DNA from: an uncultured virus (IMG/VR IMGVR_UViG_3300021139_001059)
Taxonomy: Duplodnaviria > Heunggongvirae > Uroviricota > Caudoviricetes
Length of the DNA: 20,000 nucleotides
Direction: 5' to 3' (one strand)
Virus record (IMG/VR): IMGVR_UViG_3300021139_001059
Under the pieces are notes generated by a model. The model ran no database searches. It was not told where the DNA came from and saw only the letters and a program-made list of their open reading frames with translations. The first letter of the stretch is position 1. Each line of letters opens with the position of its first letter. Below are positions 17,695-20,000 of this stretch, in pieces. A program made the position numbers and the translations under genes.

Positions 17695-19617
17695 ATGGCT
17701 AACAATATTATTCAGCATAAGAGAACGTCGACGTCTGGTCGCCAGCCGAATACGACGAACTCCGCTAATTCCCAATACATTAATGCGGGCGAATTTGCTC
17801 TGAATATGGCTGATCAGATTCTTTATACATCTGACGGAACGAATCTTATTACAGTTGGCGCTAATACAGTTAATCATAACGTGACTGGCAATTTAACTGT
17901 AAAAGCGATTGTAGCAAATAATTCGCTAGGTACAGCCAACCAAGTATTAACAACAAACGGAACTGGCGTTTATTGGTCAACAGTTTCTGGTGGCGGAGGT
18001 GGCAGCGCATTACCTGCTCGCCAATTATATACAGCCAATGGTTCGGTAAACACATTCACTGTAACTGGTGGTTACTACGCCAATAATCTTGACGTATATC
18101 TTAATGGTGTTAAACTTGTTAATGGTACAGATGTAAATACAGCAAGTGGTTCTACTTTTACAATCCTTGGATCTAATCCTCCCAATAATGCTGTTATCGA
18201 AGTTGTTGGTACATCAGCATTAACAACCACTGGCGTAAGCACAGTTGTCAATCAACAGATTACTGCTAACGGCTCAGCAAACTCTTTTGCTATCACTGGT
18301 GGTTATATTCCAAATGGTATTCAGGTTTATCTTAATGGCGTTAAACAAATACCTGGAACAGACGTGTTTATAACTTCTGGAGCTAACGTTGGATTCGCTG
18401 TTACACCTTCTAACAACTATATTATCGATGTTTATGGTTATCAAACGGCTGTTTCTTATGTTTCTAATACTATCGTTGTCGGCAATACAACTATTGGTTT
18501 AAATAGTATTACTCTTGGCAATACACAGATAAATTCAAATAATATTACTGTTGGTAATACAACAATTGGTTTGAATAGCATTACTTCAAACGGAACAGCT
18601 AACAGTTACTTTATGGGTAGTGTTGGTATTGGAACATCAACTCCACCATCATCTCTATCAATGGCTGGTGGTGGTATTACTATTGTTCAAGATGGTGATT
18701 ATTTTGGTGGTGGAGCATATTATGGCGGTTCACCATCAAATTGGCGAAATTCTGTATCTTCTGAAGGTGGATGGGCTATACGTAACACAGGCGGATACTT
18801 AACATTTTTTACTGGTTCTAACCCAGGAACTGCTGGATCTGTTATATCTGATATGGCTGAACGTATGCGCATCGACTCTTCCGGTAACGTAGGGATTGGA
18901 ACTAATTCGCCCAGTTCGAAGTTACAAATTCAACAAAATCAAAATGGACTTTCGTATTTTGATTTCTATAACACTAATTTTGGTGCGTCCTATGGTGTTA
19001 TTTACCGCCAAATAACTTCTAATTCTGCGAATACTGGTACTGTTTCTGCCGATATTGTTAAATATGCAAGTGGATTGTGGGTTTTTAATAATAATGACAC
19101 TGCTGGTGTTACTACATTTGGAACTGCTGGTAGCGAACGTATGCGCATCGACTCCAGTGGTCGTGTAACTAAACCATACCAACCAGCATTTTTTGCAACT
19201 GGCAATGGCGGTACAGTTACTATGTCAGTAGGCAGTTATATACCATTCAACTCATTGAATACTACTTTTGCTGGTAGTAATAGAAATAGTGGTTTTAATA
19301 CTAGTAATTATCTTTATACTGCTCCTGTAGCTGGTCTTTATCAATTTTACGTTCAATTATATTTAAGTCCATCGTCAAGAAATAATTCTATAACATGGTG
19401 GAAAAATGGCGCTCAAATGTCTTATGGTAGCGATGTTGCACAAGCCATTTATATTTCTACAAATTCTTCTACAGCTCCAGATACTGTAGTTTTTAGTGGC
19501 GCTGTTATTATGGAATTGGCAGCTGGTGATTATGTAGGATTACAAGTAAGAACAACATTTGGTAATGTAACAATGTATATGGGGCACTCAACATTTTGGG
19601 GTTATCTAGTAGCTTAA
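17695..19617 (+). CDS. Tail fibre protein 2 / receptor-binding protein with a C-terminal C1q(TNF)-like domain
   Basis: gp37-like N-terminus (IQHKR....G..P......GEFALN..D..LYT), two VYLNGVK domains and ERMRIDSSG modules. C-terminal PAF.A....F......YTAPVAGLYQF......L..GDYV......TF.GYL. Strong GGAGG RBS at 17686-17690. Confidence 0.88.
   Translation: MANNIIQHKRTSTSGRQPNTTNSANSQYINAGEFALNMADQILYTSDGTNLITVGANTVNHNVTGNLTVKAIVANNSLGTANQVLTTNGTGVYWSTVSGGGGGSALPARQLYTANGSVNTFTVTGGYYANNLDVYLNGVKLVNGTDVNTASGSTFTILGSNPPNNAVIEVVGTSALTTTGVSTVVNQQITANGSANSFAITGGYIPNGIQVYLNGVKQIPGTDVFITSGANVGFAVTPSNNYIIDVYGYQTAVSYVSNTIVVGNTTIGLNSITLGNTQINSNNITVGNTTIGLNSITSNGTANSYFMGSVGIGTSTPPSSLSMAGGGITIVQDGDYFGGGAYYGGSPSNWRNSVSSEGGWAIRNTGGYLTFFTGSNPGTAGSVISDMAERMRIDSSGNVGIGTNSPSSKLQIQQNQNGLSYFDFYNTNFGASYGVIYRQITSNSANTGTVSADIVKYASGLWVFNNNDTAGVTTFGTAGSERMRIDSSGRVTKPYQPAFFATGNGGTVTMSVGSYIPFNSLNTTFAGSNRNSGFNTSNYLYTAPVAGLYQFYVQLYLSPSSRNNSITWWKNGAQMSYGSDVAQAIYISTNSSTAPDTVVFSGAVIMELAAGDYVGLQVRTTFGNVTMYMGHSTFWGYLVA
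18019..18441 (+). repeat. Two tandem copies of a ~77-aa domain (TANGS.N.F..TGGY..N...VYLNGVK...GTDV...SG)
   Basis: Copies begin at about 18019 and 18250 (period 231 nt), with clear protein-level similarity. Confidence 0.85.
18481..18588 (+). repeat. Three tandem 36-bp / 12-aa repeats (GNTTIGLNSITL / GNTQINSNNITV / GNTTIGLNSITS)
   Basis: Read directly from the translation. Copies 1 and 3 share 11 of 12 residues. Confidence 0.85.
18859..19154 (+). repeat. Exact 20-bp direct repeat GAACGTATGCGCATCGACTC at 18859-18878 and 19135-19154
   Basis: Two identical copies 276 nt apart, in frame, encoding ERMRIDS. Confidence 0.9.
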
Positions 19618-19630
19618 TAGGAGAAAACAA

Positions 19631-19900
19631 ATGGCAACTTATACAATTACTTACACAGACACTGAAGATAAAGCAATGCAGTATGCTGCAGCTGATGTTA
19701 ATGAGTGGATTCAAAATGCGGTTCATGAACGTGCAAGAATAGCTATTAATGAAGTTGTTCAAATTGCTGTTCAACAGTGCATTGCTACAAATCAAACTAT
19801 TCCAGGTAACACTGATCTTATTGTCGCAGCTGCATTTACGAATGGTTGGGTTAAATCTGCTGCTGATAGAAATGCTGAAGCTGCTAACACTCAAGGATAA
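19631..19900 (+). CDS. Small protein following the C1q fibre, putative fibre-associated/chaperone protein
   Basis: YTIT.TDTE.KAM.Y...D..EWI.NA...RARIA..E.......IP.....V..AF..G.VK.AA.RN pattern. AGGAG RBS upstream. Confidence 0.75.
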   Translation: MATYTITYTDTEDKAMQYAAADVNEWIQNAVHERARIAINEVVQIAVQQCIATNQTIPGNTDLIVAAAFTNGWVKSAADRNAEAANTQG

Positions 19901-19904
19901 CTAA

Positions 19905-20000
19905 ATGACAATAACTAACAGTTTAGCAGTTTTAGCTAATAGTGCTCCCGCTCTTGTTGCTGGTTTAACAACCAATGCGACGGCGATTACTACTGTTACA
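19905..20000 (+). CDS. 3'-truncated ORF (MTITNSLAVLANSAPALVAGLTTNATAITTVT...), possibly another fibre/structural protein
   Basis: ATG at 19905 with AAGGA upstream. The frame is open to the window end and is not in the supplied ORF track. Confidence 0.6.
   Translation, partial: MTITNSLAVLANSAPALVAGLTTNATAITTVT

Noticed and set aside
18481..18588. 36-bp periodicity resembling a CRISPR array
   Set aside because: The repeats are contiguous, in frame, degenerate at third codon positions and have no spacers. This is a protein repeat.
17695..19617. Diversity-generating retroelement or invertase shufflon acting on the fibre
   Set aside because: No reverse transcriptase, no template/variable repeat pair differing at adenines, no recombinase and no inverted cassettes in the window. 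The repeats found are short and direct.
668..19894. Short minus-strand and alternative-frame ORFs in the track (e.g. 668-862, 795-1118, 1427-1642, 1792-2031, 4097-4327, 8763-8975, 16600-16818, 19508-19894)
   Set aside because: All lie within or mostly overlap convincing + strand genes, show no recognisable motifs, and are the expected shadows of biased codon usage.

Overview
This AT-rich window comes from a T4-like (Tevenvirinae/cyanomyophage-type architecture) contractile-tailed phage. It is a late structural region with every credible gene on the + strand and tightly packed. Gene order: a truncated Ala/Gly-rich ORF, a stand-alone gp5 C-terminal spike-like protein, a PAAR tip (gp5.4), gp25, gp6, gp7-like and gp8-like wedge proteins, and a VrlC/DUF4815-type giant baseplate protein split into two in-frame genes. 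Next come four small conserved virion genes, a T4 late promoter (TATAAATA), two tail-fibre genes with T4 gp37-like N-termini (the second ends in a C1q/TNF-like head), two putative fibre chaperones, and the start of another ORF. The most notable observations are four. (i) Fibre genes may form a plug-and-socket chain: a C-terminal DGG[S/T]F peptide followed by a gp37-like N-terminal domain in the next fibre. (ii) N-x-S/T sequons look enriched in exposed virion proteins, which hints at virion N-glycosylation. (iii) The VrlC gene appears naturally split. (iv) Exact 20-bp repeats bracket a fibre module. All homology calls come from remembered motifs and synteny, not from database searches.
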